Shown: positions 40,490-51,832, counted from the first letter of the stretch. The stretch: 64,000 bases of DNA from Acidobacteriota bacterium (GCA_965205505.1 CBDBHB010000009.1:1760001-1824000); one strand, 5' to 3'. Numbers and translations: made by a program. Notes: generated by a model from the sequence alone, not told the origin.

Positions 40490-42082
40490 TCAGGCCGTGT
40501 CCGCGATAATTCGTTGGGCGGCGAGCTGCCCGGGCGCGCCCATTATCCCGCCACCCGGATGACAGCCCGAGCCGCACATGTAGAAGCGCTTCAGGGGAGT
40601 GGTGAAGTCGGCGTATCCCGGCACCGGGCGCAGGAAGAACAGTTGTTCGAGCGTCAGCTCGCCGTGGAAGATGTTCCCCTGGGTGAGGCCCATCTGCTGC
40701 TCCATGTCCCAGGGCGATAGCACCTGCCGGTGCAGAATGATGTCCTTGATGTTGGGCGCAAACTCGGCCAGCGTGTCGATGACCGCGTCGCCGAACACTT
40801 CGCGGTTGTCCTCCCAGTTGCCTTCGGCGAGCTCGTAGGGAGCGTAGGCACAGAAGATCGACATGACGTGCTTGCCGGTCGGGGCCATCGTCGGATCGAT
40901 CAGCGACGGGATGACGATATCCATGTACGGGTTACGGGAGTGGCGCCCGTACTTGGCGTCGTCGTAGGCGCGCTCCAGGTGCTCGATATCGGGGCTGATC
41001 GAGATCGCCCCCGAGAGATAGGGAATACGTTGGTCAGCGGAAAGATGGCGCAGGCATGTCAGGTCGGGCAAAGCATCGAGCGACAGGTTCACCTTTCCCG
41101 AAGAGCCACGAATCTTGTAGCGGTCGATGTCGGTGCGGAAGTCCTCGGGAAGATGCTCCGGCTCGATGAGCTTCTGGAACGTGCGCTTCGGGTCGAGGCT
41201 CGACACCAGCACCTTGGCGTGGATCTCCTCGCCGCCCTCCAGCACCACGCCGGTGACACGGCCGTTCTTGACCAACACGCGTTCCACGCCGGCCTCGGTG
41301 CGAATCTCGGCGCCGTGTGCGCGCGCCGCCGACGCGATCGATTCCGACACCGCGCCCATGCCGCCGCGAGGCAATCCCCAGGCGCGGAACTCGCCGTCGA
41401 TCTCGCCCATGTAGTGATGCAGCATGACGTAGGCGGAGCCCGGCGAACGGGGGCCTAGGAAGGTTCCGATAATGCCGCTCGACGCCAGGGTGCCAAGCAG
41501 TGCCGGCGTCTCGAACCACTGTTCGACGAAGTCCGCCGAGCTCATCGTCATCAGTTTGGCGAGATCGTAGAGATAATCGGAGCGCTTGCCGAACGTGCGG
41601 GCGATCTCCGCCAGCTTCGCCAACGTTGCCGGCGCCAACGACGTGGGGTCGGGCGGCGTCATCGACAACATCGGCCGAACTGCCTTGCCGAGGTGATACA
41701 TGAGGTTGGCGAAATGCTCATAGGCTTCGGCGTCGCGGGCGGAGTGGCGCATCAACTCCATTCGCGTCTCCGCGGCATCGTGCCAGCGCATCAGGTGATC
41801 GCCGTTGCGCATCGGCGTCAGCGTGCCGTCCAGCGGCAGCAGCTCGAAGCCGTACTTGGGTAGCTCCAGGTCAGCGATGATCTGGGGTCGCAGCAAGCTC
41901 ACTACATACGAGCAGACGGTGTACTTGAACCCCGGGTAAATCTCCTCGGTCACCCCCGCGCCGCCGACGAGATGACGGCGTTCGAGCACCAGCACGCGCC
42001 GACCGGCGCGCCCCAGATAGGCAGCACAGGTGAGGCCGTTGTGGCCACCTCCGATGACAATGGCGTCGTAGGACTGACTCAT
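40490..42082 (-). CDS. phytoene-dehydrogenase-like (PYROXD2-type) FAD oxidoreductase
   Basis: IGGGHNGL, CSYVVSLL, GNIFHGEL, HPGGGIMGAPG. Confidence 0.88.
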   Translation of the reverse strand: MSQSYDAIVIGGGHNGLTCAAYLGRAGRRVLVLERRHLVGGAGVTEEIYPGFKYTVCSYVVSLLRPQIIADLELPKYGFELLPLDGTLTPMRNGDHLMRWHDAAETRMELMRHSARDAEAYEHFANLMYHLGKAVRPMLSMTPPDPTSLAPATLAKLAEIARTFGKRSDYLYDLAKLMTMSSADFVEQWFETPALLGTLASSGIIGTFLGPRSPGSAYVMLHHYMGEIDGEFRAWGLPRGGMGAVSESIASAARAHGAEIRTEAGVERVLVKNGRVTGVVLEGGEEIHAKVLVSSLDPKRTFQKLIEPEHLPEDFRTDIDRYKIRGSSGKVNLSLDALPDLTCLRHLSADQRIPYLSGAISISPDIEHLERAYDDAKYGRHSRNPYMDIVIPSLIDPTMAPTGKHVMSIFCAYAPYELAEGNWEDNREVFGDAVIDTLAEFAPNIKDIILHRQVLSPWDMEQQMGLTQGNIFHGELTLEQLFFLRPVPGYADFTTPLKRFYMCGSGCHPGGGIMGAPGQLAAQRIIADTA

Positions 42083-42170
42083 CGTGTCAACAAGCTGCTA
42101 GTCGATCCGGAATCATTCCGGGTCAAAGTTCGCGAGGGTGGACGTGGGTTGAAGACATCATCACGGGGCC

Positions 42171-43361
42171 TCAGGCGCGCATGCGTGCCGGGCGGAAGAA
42201 GCCCTTGTCGACCACCGTCGCAGCGACGCGGCAGCGCCGGTACTGCACGGTTATCTCCATCTCGACGCGGCTACCAATCTTCGCAAGATCAGCGTCGAGG
42301 GTGGCCAGCGCGATGTACTTCTTCAGCAACTTCGACCATACCTTACTAGTCGCTCTGCCGACCTGTCGGCCCTCGTCCGAGTACACCGGTACCGGCTCAC
42401 GACACACCGTCATCGGCAGCTCGGGCATGAGGTCGGCCGCCATGAAGGCTTCCTCGAGCGGCTGCCACTCGATCTGGAGGCCGACGACGCAGCACCGTGG
42501 CCCAGCCTGCTTGGCTGCCCGCAGCGCCTTGCGTCCGACGAAGTTCCCGCTGTCGAGCTGGACCGCCCATCCGAGCCCGAGCTCGTAGGGTGTCACCAGG
42601 TCATCATCGGTGTGTGCGAACTCAGAGCTTACGTAGTCGACGCTGATGAGGATCAACCCGGCTTCGACGCGCGCGATGTCCATCGCCACCAGGCCACAGG
42701 GCGTGATCTGCCATGGCGCGCCGACCTCCATGAGGCGATCCCACACTGACACGGCTTCGTCGGCCGGGATCCAGATCTCGTAGCCGAGGTCTCCCGTGAA
42801 GCCGGTGCGTGAAACCGCAACGCCGACGCCGGCGATCAATGCGCGGGTACAGCGGAAGAACTGGAGGTTGCCGATCGCGCCATCGGTAGCCGCGTCGAGC
42901 ACGTCGCGAGAGTGCGGCCCCTGGAGCGACAGCATGGCGACCTCAGCAGAACGATCGGTTACCTCGACCTGATATCCGACCGCATTGCGCTGAATCCACT
43001 CCAACGCTGGTTCGGCCGCATAGAGCTCGAAGCGATCTTCCTCGTAGCGAAACACCGTGCCTTCCTGGCGCACCATCCCGCTGGGATCACACCACGGCGT
43101 GTAGATCACCTGTCCGACGCTCATTCTGGCCGCGTCGTGGGTCACGATCCGGTCCATCAGCGACGCGGCACCAGCGCCGGTGACCGCATACTTGTAGAGC
43201 GGCGACAGATCGATCAACGCTGCCGAGTTACGGATCGACGCGTACTCCGGCTGCACGAAGTCGTTGTACGAGCTGACGCTCAGGTAGCCGGACCACTGCA
43301 TCCAGTCGTAGCTGTGACAGAGCGGCTCGGTGCGGGGATGAAACGGTGTACCGATAGCCAT
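42171..43361 (-). CDS. GcvT-like aminomethyltransferase family protein
   Basis: DLSPLYK, LQGP.S, SRTGFTGDLGYEIW, ARVEAG. Confidence 0.88.
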   Translation of the reverse strand: MAIGTPFHPRTEPLCHSYDWMQWSGYLSVSSYNDFVQPEYASIRNSAALIDLSPLYKYAVTGAGAASLMDRIVTHDAARMSVGQVIYTPWCDPSGMVRQEGTVFRYEEDRFELYAAEPALEWIQRNAVGYQVEVTDRSAEVAMLSLQGPHSRDVLDAATDGAIGNLQFFRCTRALIAGVGVAVSRTGFTGDLGYEIWIPADEAVSVWDRLMEVGAPWQITPCGLVAMDIARVEAGLILISVDYVSSEFAHTDDDLVTPYELGLGWAVQLDSGNFVGRKALRAAKQAGPRCCVVGLQIEWQPLEEAFMAADLMPELPMTVCREPVPVYSDEGRQVGRATSKVWSKLLKKYIALATLDADLAKIGSRVEMEITVQYRRCRVAATVVDKGFFRPARMRA

Positions 43362-43699
43362 AATGAGCGCAGGCCTTCCAGTCAGAGGTTCAAATGCTAT
43401 GCCGCCGGCCTGGGAAGACGGGTTGCCGAGGAGGCGCGTCTCAAGTGTCACCCACGAACAAGTCGCTGTCGAACCCGCGCTCGACCGAGCCACTCAGCCT
43501 CGGCACGTGGCAGGATAATCTATCCGTGCGAGCATCGCCGACCAAGGCGTGCAGGAGAGATCCACACCTTGGTCATTGAACTCTGCGTGCTGCGGCTTGA
43601 CGTTGGCGTCAGCATCGATCAGGCGCGCCGTCTCGCCGGACCCGCATGGCGCTCCTTCCTGTTGGTGTACTCTTCCCGCCGTTTCTCCTAAGATACGGG

Positions 43700-43746
43700 C
43701 GTTGACCACATTGTGAATATTTTGGCTACTATGTGGAACAGTAGCA
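43700..43746. promoter_or_regulatory. divergent promoter with IclR-like palindromes
   Basis: CCACATTGTGAA and ACTATGTGGAAC overlapping TTGACC..TACTAT between the gcvT-like and OCD genes. Confidence 0.4.
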
Positions 43747-43884
43747 CGAACGGTGGCGCGATTCCGGAGTGAACCGAGTCGCCTAGACAAGACGTGGTAC
43801 CAACCGGAGGTTAGGTCAGTGTCTGTAGGCAACATCGATGCGGCGCGTTCCGCTGCCGTGGCAGCCAAGGAGCAGCGGCAGCCG

Positions 43885-44862
43885 ATGCTCCTGCTAACGG
43901 AACGGGAGGTTCGTGACAGCGTCGATATGGCGCTCGCCATTGATGTTGTCGAGGGAGCGTTCAAGGCGCTGGAGCGCGACGAGGTCACACTGCCGCCGCC
44001 GATCGGCCTCGACATAGCTGCGGTCGACGCCGAGATTCATGTGAAAGGGGCGCACGTTCACGGTGCCGATCACTTTGTCTTCAAGATCGCATGCGGCTTC
44101 TACCGCAATCCGCAGATCGGGTTGCCCATGGCCAGTGGGCTGGTGCTCGCCTTCGACGCCAACAACGGTCGGCCTGCTGCTCTGCTGTTCGACAATGGCC
44201 ACCTCAGCGACATACGAACCGGTGCCGCCGGGGCAGTCGCAGCGCGGTATCTGGCGCCGCAGCAGGTTCGCCGCGTCGCCGTAATCGGTGCCGGCATTCA
44301 GGCACGCATGCAGCTTCGCGCGCTGGCCCAGGTACGCTCGATTCCCAGCGTGGCCATATGGAACAGGCACCCGGAGCGAGCGCAGCAATGCGCCACCGAG
44401 ATGACCGACGAGCTCGGCCTCGACATTCAAGTCGTTGACCGGATCGAAGACGCGGTTCAGGGCGCGAATGTGGTGCTTACGGTGACCGTCGCCCACGAGC
44501 CCTTGGTGCGCGCCGAGTGGATCGAGCCGGGTACGCACATCACCGCCGTCGGGTCCGATGGGCCGGAAAAGCAGGAGCTCGACGTCGAGCTGCTGCATCG
44601 TGCCGATCTCGTGGTCGCGGACCGGTTGTGCCAGTGCCTCGAGCTCGGCGAGATTCACCACGCCGTCGATGCTGGCCGATTGCGGCCTGAAGACTGCATC
44701 GAGCTCGGAGCCATTGTGGTGGGCAAGGCCCTGGGGCGTGAAACAGAGGAGCAGATCACGGTTGCGGATCTGACCGGCTTGGGCGTGCAAGACGCGGTTA
44801 TCGCCAGCGCGACATTGGCCGCCGCTCGTGAGAAGGGCTTCGGGACACCCATCCAGTCCTGA
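43885..44862 (+). CDS. ornithine cyclodeaminase/mu-crystallin family (EutC-like)
   Basis: HVKGA, RTGAAGA, IGAGIQA, DLTGLGVQD. Confidence 0.9.
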   Translation: MLLLTEREVRDSVDMALAIDVVEGAFKALERDEVTLPPPIGLDIAAVDAEIHVKGAHVHGADHFVFKIACGFYRNPQIGLPMASGLVLAFDANNGRPAALLFDNGHLSDIRTGAAGAVAARYLAPQQVRRVAVIGAGIQARMQLRALAQVRSIPSVAIWNRHPERAQQCATEMTDELGLDIQVVDRIEDAVQGANVVLTVTVAHEPLVRAEWIEPGTHITAVGSDGPEKQELDVELLHRADLVVADRLCQCLELGEIHHAVDAGRLRPEDCIELGAIVVGKALGRETEEQITVADLTGLGVQDAVIASATLAAAREKGFGTPIQS

Positions 44863-44979
44863 CCCCAGGCAAGCAGCCGATCGGTGCACCGTAGCAGCTG
44901 CTGCAACACGGCACGGTCAACCTAGTCGCCCGAGCCTTCCGGTTGGTTGGCAATGCTCCAGTAAAGGAGAGATTCAAAG

Positions 44980-45735
44980 ATGGCCGGAGTTGAAGGAAGA
45001 GTGGCGTTGGTTACCGGCGCGGGCCGCGGCATCGGCAAGGCCACCACGGAGATTCTCACCGCGCGTGGGGCGCGCGTCATGGCGATCGCACGTTCAGAAG
45101 CGGAGCTGGTGGCTCTGGGCGTCGAGTACACCCTCGCTGATTTGGGCACGGTGGAGGGCTGCACGCTTGCCGTTGAAGAGACTACGGCAAGGCTCGGGCC
45201 GGTCGACATATTCGTGTGCAACCACGGAATCGGCTCAGCTCACGAGGTGGTGCTCTGGGAGCAGGACCCCGATGTCTGGTACGAATCCATGCGGATCAAT
45301 CTGGACGGGCCGTTCCATCTGTCCAGATTGTTGCTGCATGGCATGGTGAAACGGGGATACGGGCGCATGGTTTTCACCAGTTCGACTGCAGCCAACCTGG
45401 CCGAGCCAGCGGGCAGCGCCTACAACTGTTCCAAGACAGGTTTGCTGGGGCTGATGGGATCGGTTGCACAGGACGGCGGCGCCTTTGGTGTGACCTCGAA
45501 CGCCGTGCTGCCGGGCTGGGTCCGGACGGAGATGGCCGAGCGCTCAGCCAAGGCGGAAGCACTCGCCCGCGGTGTTTCACCGCAAGACATCTGGAAAGAG
45601 CGGGAGGCGATGTATCTGCCGGGCCGTGTGGTGAAGCCTGCGGAGGTGGCCGAGATGATCGCCTTCCTGGCTTCCGAGGAATCCAGCGGGGTCAGCGGCC
45701 AGGCGATCACTGTCGCCCTCGGGAACCCTTGGTAG
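44980..45735 (+). CDS. SDR oxidoreductase
   Basis: TGAGRGIG, YNCSK, PGWVRT. Confidence 0.92.
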   Translation: MAGVEGRVALVTGAGRGIGKATTEILTARGARVMAIARSEAELVALGVEYTLADLGTVEGCTLAVEETTARLGPVDIFVCNHGIGSAHEVVLWEQDPDVWYESMRINLDGPFHLSRLLLHGMVKRGYGRMVFTSSTAANLAEPAGSAYNCSKTGLLGLMGSVAQDGGAFGVTSNAVLPGWVRTEMAERSAKAEALARGVSPQDIWKEREAMYLPGRVVKPAEVAEMIAFLASEESSGVSGQAITVALGNPW

Positions 45736-45788
45736 GAAGATCTTTTCCAGGTCCGACGACGGCCGAAAGCCCGCCAGGAGACCACCGG

Positions 45789-46147
45789 ATGAGAACTGTC
45801 GGTGTGTGGCGCACCTTCTGCGCCTCGATCGCGTTGATGAGCGCGATGCCGGCTTCGGTGGCTCAGGCGCAATCTCCTCCCATCGTGATCCGGGCAGAGA
45901 AGCTGTCCACGGTGGTGAACCCGCGCTTAACGCGGCGTGGGTTTTCCGAAACGGTGCCACCGAGACCGAAGCATTGAGGATGGTGACGCTCTATGCCGCC
46001 GAGATGATCGGCGTGGCCGACCTGGTGGGCAGCCTGGAGGTCGGAAAGGATGCCGATTTCATGGTCCTCGAGGGCCACCCCTTCGATTATCGCGCGTTGC
46101 CCCAGATGGTCTTCATCGATGGGAGGCTGGTCGTCGATGCGCGCTGA
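45789..46147 (+). pseudogene. internally deleted amidohydrolase
   Basis: signal peptide plus IVIRA joined directly to C-terminal GSLEVGKDAD..FIDG. Confidence 0.7.
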
Positions 46148-46227
46148 CGTGAAGTAATCGTCGAAGGCCCGGGCATCGTGTGACCGACGTAAACAACCGA
46201 TTCATCCGCATCGAGGAGTTTCAACAA

Positions 46228-46865
46228 ATGAAAAAGTCACTCGTCATTTGTATAGCGCTGTTCCTGTGCGCCGGATCGGCCCTGGTCCAGGAGCCCGTCG
46301 ATCTCGACATGATCAACAAGATCCGGGACAAGGGCTTTAACCGGTCCCAGGTGATGGAAAAGCTTGCGCGTGCTGGCGGACGAAATCGGGCCGCGGCTGA
46401 CCGCAAGCCCGGGCATGCGGGCAGCCAGCAAATGGTCGGTTGACCAGTCACCGAGCCCCTCGTCAAAGCGGCCGATTACGACTTGTTGTCAGCCTATTTC
46501 AACCTCGACAACGGGTCCGGTAGGATCCGCGGAGTTTACGCTGAGGGTAACGCCGCCGCCCGAGCGATCGTTGAAGACTGGCTCGAGCCGTTTCATGATC
46601 TGGGCGCGACCCATGTCACGCTCAATAGAACCACCGGCACCGATCACGAGTCCTTCCAGCAGGTCGGCCTACCGGGCTTTCAGTTCATCCAGGACGCACT
46701 GGATTACGATACCCGCCTGCATCACAGCCAGCTCGATCTGTCTGACCATGTTTATGAAGACAACCTCAAGCAGGCGAGCGTCATCATGGCGAGCTTCCTG
46801 TATCACGCCGCATGCGTGACGAACGCATGCCCAGGAAGCCTGAGCCGGTGCCGTTCGCGAAGTAG
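46228..46865 (+). pseudogene. internally deleted M28-family peptidase
   Basis: N-terminal IGPRLTASP joined to YFNLDNG.GRIRG, TDH, HH; central part missing; frameshifts. Confidence 0.75.
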
Positions 46866-46935
46866 CATCCCCGGATGTGCACCGGACGGCCGCGAATCGG
46901 TCGGATTTATCGAGGGAGTCAGGTGGTTGCGGCGG

Positions 46936-48297
46936 TCAACTTGCCTGCTTGGTGCCGTGCCATGATCCACGAGCCATGGCTCGAATGGCGTACACGATGA
47001 CCGAGGCGCCGATAAGCCCGGCGATGCTGATGGCTTCTTCGGCCGGCACTTGCAGGAGCAGCCAGCCGACGATGAGGCAGCTCAACAGCGGAATGAGCGG
47101 TCCGAATGGCAGTCGGAACTCGCCGGCTTTGGGCAGCCCGTCACGCTGGCGCAAGCGCAGCACGGCAAGGCTTACGCCGAGGTCGATGAGCAGCAGCGAC
47201 CCGGTGGCGAACACGGCCAGATACCTGAACGTGCCACTCAAGGCGAACGCGCACACGACAATTGCGAAGAAGGCCACGGCCAAATGCGGCGTCTTGTACT
47301 TCGGATGTACCTTCGACAGGAACCTCGGTAGGTTGCCATCGAGCGATGTTGCGAAGATCACCCGTGGGGCGCCCAGCATGTCCCCGCTGATGGCGCCGTA
47401 TATCGAAATGACAACCCCCGCCATCAGCATCGTGCCGCCCCAGCCGCCGAACACTTCGACCGCAACCGCCACCAGCGGCGCTTCAGTTTGGTTTGCAAGC
47501 TCCGGCCCGAGCACGCCCTGAGCCACCGTTTGTAACCCAATGTAAAGCACAAGAAGACCGCCGATCCCGATCAATAGCCCCATCGGCACGGTCTTCGATG
47601 GGTTCTTGATTTCTCCACTGGCGTTCAGAGCGCATTCCGCCCCGCTGAAGGCAAAAAACAGCATGATCGCGCCGGCTCCGATTTCTCCAACGGAAGGCCA
47701 TTCGGGGATCACAAGATGCTCCAAGTTGATGGCGAACAGCCCGGCGACCAACAGCAGTAGCAGCGGGACCAACTTGGCCAGCGTGTTGAACACGTACAGT
47801 CGCACACCCGCCACGACGCCCCTGATGTTCACGACGGCCATGAAGGTGAACAAGGCGATGATGAACACCGCACGAGCGATGCTGTTGCCAAGAATCGGAA
47901 ACGCGATGGTCATTACTTCAACCATGGCGACGGTGATTGCTGCATCCGCCAGAGCCGAGTAGCCGAACCAGAACAGTATCGACGCGATGAATCCGGCAAA
48001 CGGTCCGAACGCCACTTCGACATAGGCGTAGGAGCCGCCACTGCAGGTTATGCGGCTGCCGACTTCCGCGAAACACAGGAAGACCAACCCCACGGCGACC
48101 GAACAGACGAGGTAGGCAACAATCGCCGCAGACCCCAGCTCTGCTGCGATGCGGCCCGGCAGGACGAAGATCCCACCGCCGACCACCATGTTCACGACGC
48201 TGAGGCCAAGTGCGCCGGCTCCGATGACGCGCAGCAGCCCCTCACCTTGCGCCCTTCCAGGGCCGGCCGCTTTCGGCAATGCGCCGTCTCTTCTCAT
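46936..48297 (-). CDS. APC-family amino acid permease
   Basis: VGGGIF, GGSY, FAFSG.E, EIKNP; about 12 TM segments. Confidence 0.92.
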   Translation of the reverse strand: MRRDGALPKAAGPGRAQGEGLLRVIGAGALGLSVVNMVVGGGIFVLPGRIAAELGSAAIVAYLVCSVAVGLVFLCFAEVGSRITCSGGSYAYVEVAFGPFAGFIASILFWFGYSALADAAITVAMVEVMTIAFPILGNSIARAVFIIALFTFMAVVNIRGVVAGVRLYVFNTLAKLVPLLLLLVAGLFAINLEHLVIPEWPSVGEIGAGAIMLFFAFSGAECALNASGEIKNPSKTVPMGLLIGIGGLLVLYIGLQTVAQGVLGPELANQTEAPLVAVAVEVFGGWGGTMLMAGVVISIYGAISGDMLGAPRVIFATSLDGNLPRFLSKVHPKYKTPHLAVAFFAIVVCAFALSGTFRYLAVFATGSLLLIDLGVSLAVLRLRQRDGLPKAGEFRLPFGPLIPLLSCLIVGWLLLQVPAEEAISIAGLIGASVIVYAIRAMARGSWHGTKQAS

Positions 48298-48349
48298 CGG
48301 AGCTCGTACAGGACCCGATCGATCAACCAGAGATGCTCACGCAGCGGGC

Positions 48350-49327
48350 CTACGCAATGATTCGCTTGAACACTTCCAGGTCGATATTTCGTCCACAGGC
48401 CACTGCGACCACCTTCTTGCCCTTGAAGCGCTCTTTGTGCTTGAGGAGACCGCCAACCGCCAGGGCCCCCGAACCTTCGACCACCAATCGATGCTGCTCG
48501 AACAGAAGGCGGATGGAGTCTTCGATCTCTGCTTCGGTCAGCAGCATGATCTCATCCACATATCGCTGACACAGATCCAGCGTGATGCTGTCTAGATCCA
48601 CGCCGCCGGCGCAGGTGTCCGCCAGCGTTCGGAAGGTCTCCATCTCGACCATCTTGTTGGCTCGCATGGACTCATACATCACGGGGGAGTTCTCCGGCGA
48701 GACGCCGAAGGCCTCTATTGCGGGGTTGTGGGACTTGAGCCAGCCCGCTGACCCGGTCAGCAATCCCCCACCACCGCAGGCGAAGAGGGCGGCATCCAGG
48801 TCAGGAAGCTGTTGGGAGATCTCGTACCCGCAGGTTCCCTGTCCGCCGACCACGATGGGATCGTTGTACGGCGACACGTAGACCTTGCCGTCGTCTTCTG
48901 CAACGCGCCGGGACTCCTTCTCCGCGTCCCAAGCTCGTTCGCCGTGGATGACCAGGTCCAGGCCGTGGGACCGCAACAGCTCCAGACGTGATGGCTCGAG
49001 ATCCTCGCCCACGTAGATGGTGGCGCGGCGTCCTCGGATCCTCATGGCCTCGGCAACGGCCAAGGCGTAGTTGCCTGTCGAGGCCGAGACCACCCCACGG
49101 TCCAGTTCCTTTTCCGTTAGCGAGAGGATCTTGTTGATCGCGCCGCGGAACTTGAACGAGGAGGTTCTCTGCATCGAGTCCAGCTTGAGCCAGACATCGC
49201 CCTCGATCGCCTTGCTGAGGTACAAGGAGTACTCCAGAGGTGTGGGCGAGAGGTGGTCCTGGCACCTCTCGATGGCCTCCAGGACCAACTGGGGTACATC
49301 CAGCTGCTGTTGAACTTCGATAGTCAT
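48350..49327 (-). CDS. threonine/serine dehydratase (PLP fold II)
   Basis: SFKFRGA, STGNY, GQGT, GGGGL. Confidence 0.9.
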   Translation of the reverse strand: MTIEVQQQLDVPQLVLEAIERCQDHLSPTPLEYSLYLSKAIEGDVWLKLDSMQRTSSFKFRGAINKILSLTEKELDRGVVSASTGNYALAVAEAMRIRGRRATIYVGEDLEPSRLELLRSHGLDLVIHGERAWDAEKESRRVAEDDGKVYVSPYNDPIVVGGQGTCGYEISQQLPDLDAALFACGGGGLLTGSAGWLKSHNPAIEAFGVSPENSPVMYESMRANKMVEMETFRTLADTCAGGVDLDSITLDLCQRYVDEIMLLTEAEIEDSIRLLFEQHRLVVEGSGALAVGGLLKHKERFKGKKVVAVACGRNIDLEVFKRIIA

Positions 49328-49739
49328 GATCGTGACCTCGCTCGCGGTTGATCGCCCCGGCGAGCAGCGTTGACGTGAAGAGTGGCGTTGGCTCAGTGGG
49401 CGAGATCGTTCTCGGTCAGATTAGCTAGTGAGATGTAGGTGGAGGGTTGAATCCCTGAACCACGAACACATGGTTGGGCGTGTCTCGCGCCCAACTCAAG
49501 AAGATAAAGTCTCCACTGACTCGATCGAAGTCCGCACCCCACGCGCGTGGTGCCTGGCTGAGGAACTCGCGCCGGGTTCCGATTACAGGGTCTCCCTCTG
49601 AGTTTGCATCATAGACCGCGAGCTGCTCAGCCTCAGGGGCAACGAAATCCGGGCCCACCTGCACGCAATTTGCAAGACGCGTCGTTGACTCGACGGTACC
49701 CTCGGAGCAGCTCTTGTCTTCGCGGAGTCGGCCTCGTGG

Positions 49740-50933
49740 TCAGTCGTCGAGCAAGAGCTCGTGAGCCCGAGCACTGACGCGAACCACGTCCTGCACTGCT
49801 CCTTCGTCCATCAAGACGGCTTGCTCCGCGAGGTTCACCGTGGGGCACACATGCTTCGGCACCAGGTGCAAGGGCGTGCCGCGCGCCGGGCGCGCGCCGC
49901 TCGTCACGTGGAGCGGCAGGTGCTCTTCACTCGGCGGTTGCGCAACAAGGTGGTGATGCCCAATGACGAAGGCGCAGGGATCACCATCTTCCGCGGCGAT
50001 CGACTTCACTCCCGCGTCGCAGGTGACGAGCGCCGCGCTCGGGTGGCTGACCACGCGCGTGAACAGGGTGGCTGCGGGCGTGAGGGCGAGCTCGGGATTC
50101 GCCTGTTCGCCGTTCAAGTCGTGAAAGACGACCGTGCCCGGCGACATGCGGTGGCGTGTCTCCCCGAGCTCCGCGAAGCGCTCGAAGGCCAGGGCGTGTA
50201 GAAACGTCGGCGTGCCGCTGGTGATGATCTCGGGCACCGAATGTCCCGCAGACTCGAGCGCAGAGACAAGCTCGAGCAGTCTGTCGTAGCACTCGAAAGC
50301 TGCGCGCCTGCGATCCGCGCTGGCAAGATCGTACAGGTGCCCGTCGTAGAGGTGCACGCCGCGGAAGCGATCGCCTGCAGCCCGCGCGACGGCCAGGATC
50401 TCTTCGGCGTCGGCCATCGGTATGCCGGTGCGGTTCATGCCGGGGTTGACGTCGACGAACACGGACAGCTGTGGCGCAATCTCCGCGATGCGGCCCGGCT
50501 CCTCGCAAAGTACCGACAGACGCGTCTCGGGGTGTTGTTCGGCGATGCGGCCGAGGCGCACGAGGGCCGGGCCGACGAGCGGATAGGCGAGCAGGCAGTC
50601 GCCATCTTCGATGCCCTCTTGCCTGAAAGCGTCCGCCAGGAGCGCCGCCTCGCGGGTGGTCGCGCACTTGAAGTTGCGTACACCCATGCGCGCCACCTCC
50701 GCAAAGACCTGGGGGATCTTGGTGGTCTTGACATGTGGGCGCCAGCGATTGGCATCGCCGCCAGCGCAGTCGATCACGCGACGCAGGTTGTCGCGCACCT
50801 TGTCGAGGTGTACGACCAGCGCGGGGCTGAGCACGCGCCGAGCGAAGTCGTCCGGCAGGGCGTAATCGGACTCGTGGAGCGTTTCGAAACGGGTGGCAAC
50901 GCGCTGGACCGCAGGCTCCACACCGCTGCCCAT
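49740..50933 (-). CDS. D-threonine aldolase/DSD1-type PLP enzyme
   Basis: RPHVKTTK, GMNRTG, YDGH, SEEH, HVCPTVN. Confidence 0.85.
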   Translation of the reverse strand: MGSGVEPAVQRVATRFETLHESDYALPDDFARRVLSPALVVHLDKVRDNLRRVIDCAGGDANRWRPHVKTTKIPQVFAEVARMGVRNFKCATTREAALLADAFRQEGIEDGDCLLAYPLVGPALVRLGRIAEQHPETRLSVLCEEPGRIAEIAPQLSVFVDVNPGMNRTGIPMADAEEILAVARAAGDRFRGVHLYDGHLYDLASADRRRAAFECYDRLLELVSALESAGHSVPEIITSGTPTFLHALAFERFAELGETRHRMSPGTVVFHDLNGEQANPELALTPAATLFTRVVSHPSAALVTCDAGVKSIAAEDGDPCAFVIGHHHLVAQPPSEEHLPLHVTSGARPARGTPLHLVPKHVCPTVNLAEQAVLMDEGAVQDVVRVSARAHELLLDD

Positions 50934-50935
50934 GG

Positions 50936-51832
50936 CTACTCGACGACCGGATTCGTGAGGATGCCGAGTCCTTCGATCTCGACCTCCATCACATCGCCCG
51001 CGCGAAGGTAGACGGGAGGCTTGCGCGCGAAGCCAACGCCGGCGGGCGTGCCGGTGGCGATGACATCGCCGGGCTCTAGCGTTGTGAACGCGGAGAGACT
51101 CGAGATGAGCTCAGGCACCTGGAAGATCAGCTGGTCCGTGCTCGAGTTCTGCAGCGTCTCGCCGTTCAAGCGGAACTGGATCTGGAGGGAGTGCGGATCC
51201 GCAATCTCGTCGCGCGTAACGATGGTTTCGCCCGTCGGGCAGAACGTATCGTAGGACTTTCCACGCTGCCACTGTCCGTCGGCGAACTGGAAGTCGCGTG
51301 CGCTGACGTCATTGATATTCGTGTAGCCCAACACGTAGTTCATGGCGTCAGTCGTCGAAACGCGGGACGCGCGGCGACCGATCACGACACCGAATTCAGC
51401 CTCGTAGTCGACCTCGACGCTTCCAGAGGGGATGCGCACGTCGGCACCCGGGCCAACGACGCAGCTCGAGAACTTGGAGAACACGAGCGGGCTTGTGGGG
51501 ATGTCCATGCCGCTCTCTTCAGCGTGATCCCGGTAGTTCAGGCCGATGCAGATGACTTTGGACGGACGCGGGACCGGCGCGAGCAACTGAACGGAATGGC
51601 GCGCGATCAAGGCGCCCTGCGAGCGCAACGCAGCGGCGTTGGAATCGGCGCTGGCGACTAGCGCGATAACGGCAGCGTGAGCTGCGCTCGTTGTGTCGAA
51701 CCAGTCGAGGTAGCACTCAGGTCGCAGCAGGTCTGCGACTTCGCCCGATGCATCGAGAACTTCGTCGCCAACGAGGGCGCCGAATCGGGGAGTGTCGCCG
51801 CTAGCGGAGCGGAGGAAGCTGACGAGTCTCAA
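50936..51832 (-). CDS. fumarylacetoacetate hydrolase family protein
   Basis: CIGLNY, DYEAE, NDVSARD, TGTPAGVG. Confidence 0.92.
   Translation of the reverse strand: MRLVSFLRSASGDTPRFGALVGDEVLDASGEVADLLRPECYLDWFDTTSAAHAAVIALVASADSNAAALRSQGALIARHSVQLLAPVPRPSKVICIGLNYRDHAEESGMDIPTSPLVFSKFSSCVVGPGADVRIPSGSVEVDYEAEFGVVIGRRASRVSTTDAMNYVLGYTNINDVSARDFQFADGQWQRGKSYDTFCPTGETIVTRDEIADPHSLQIQFRLNGETLQNSSTDQLIFQVPELISSLSAFTTLEPGDVIATGTPAGVGFARKPPVYLRAGDVMEVEIEGLGILTNPVVE

Noticed and set aside
38082-50933. Beta-hydroxyaspartate cycle (bhc) or ectoine (eut) pathway built from the IclR, OCD, dehydratase and DSD1-type genes
   Set aside because: The genes are dispersed on both strands, separated by unrelated fragments, and no aminotransferase is present.
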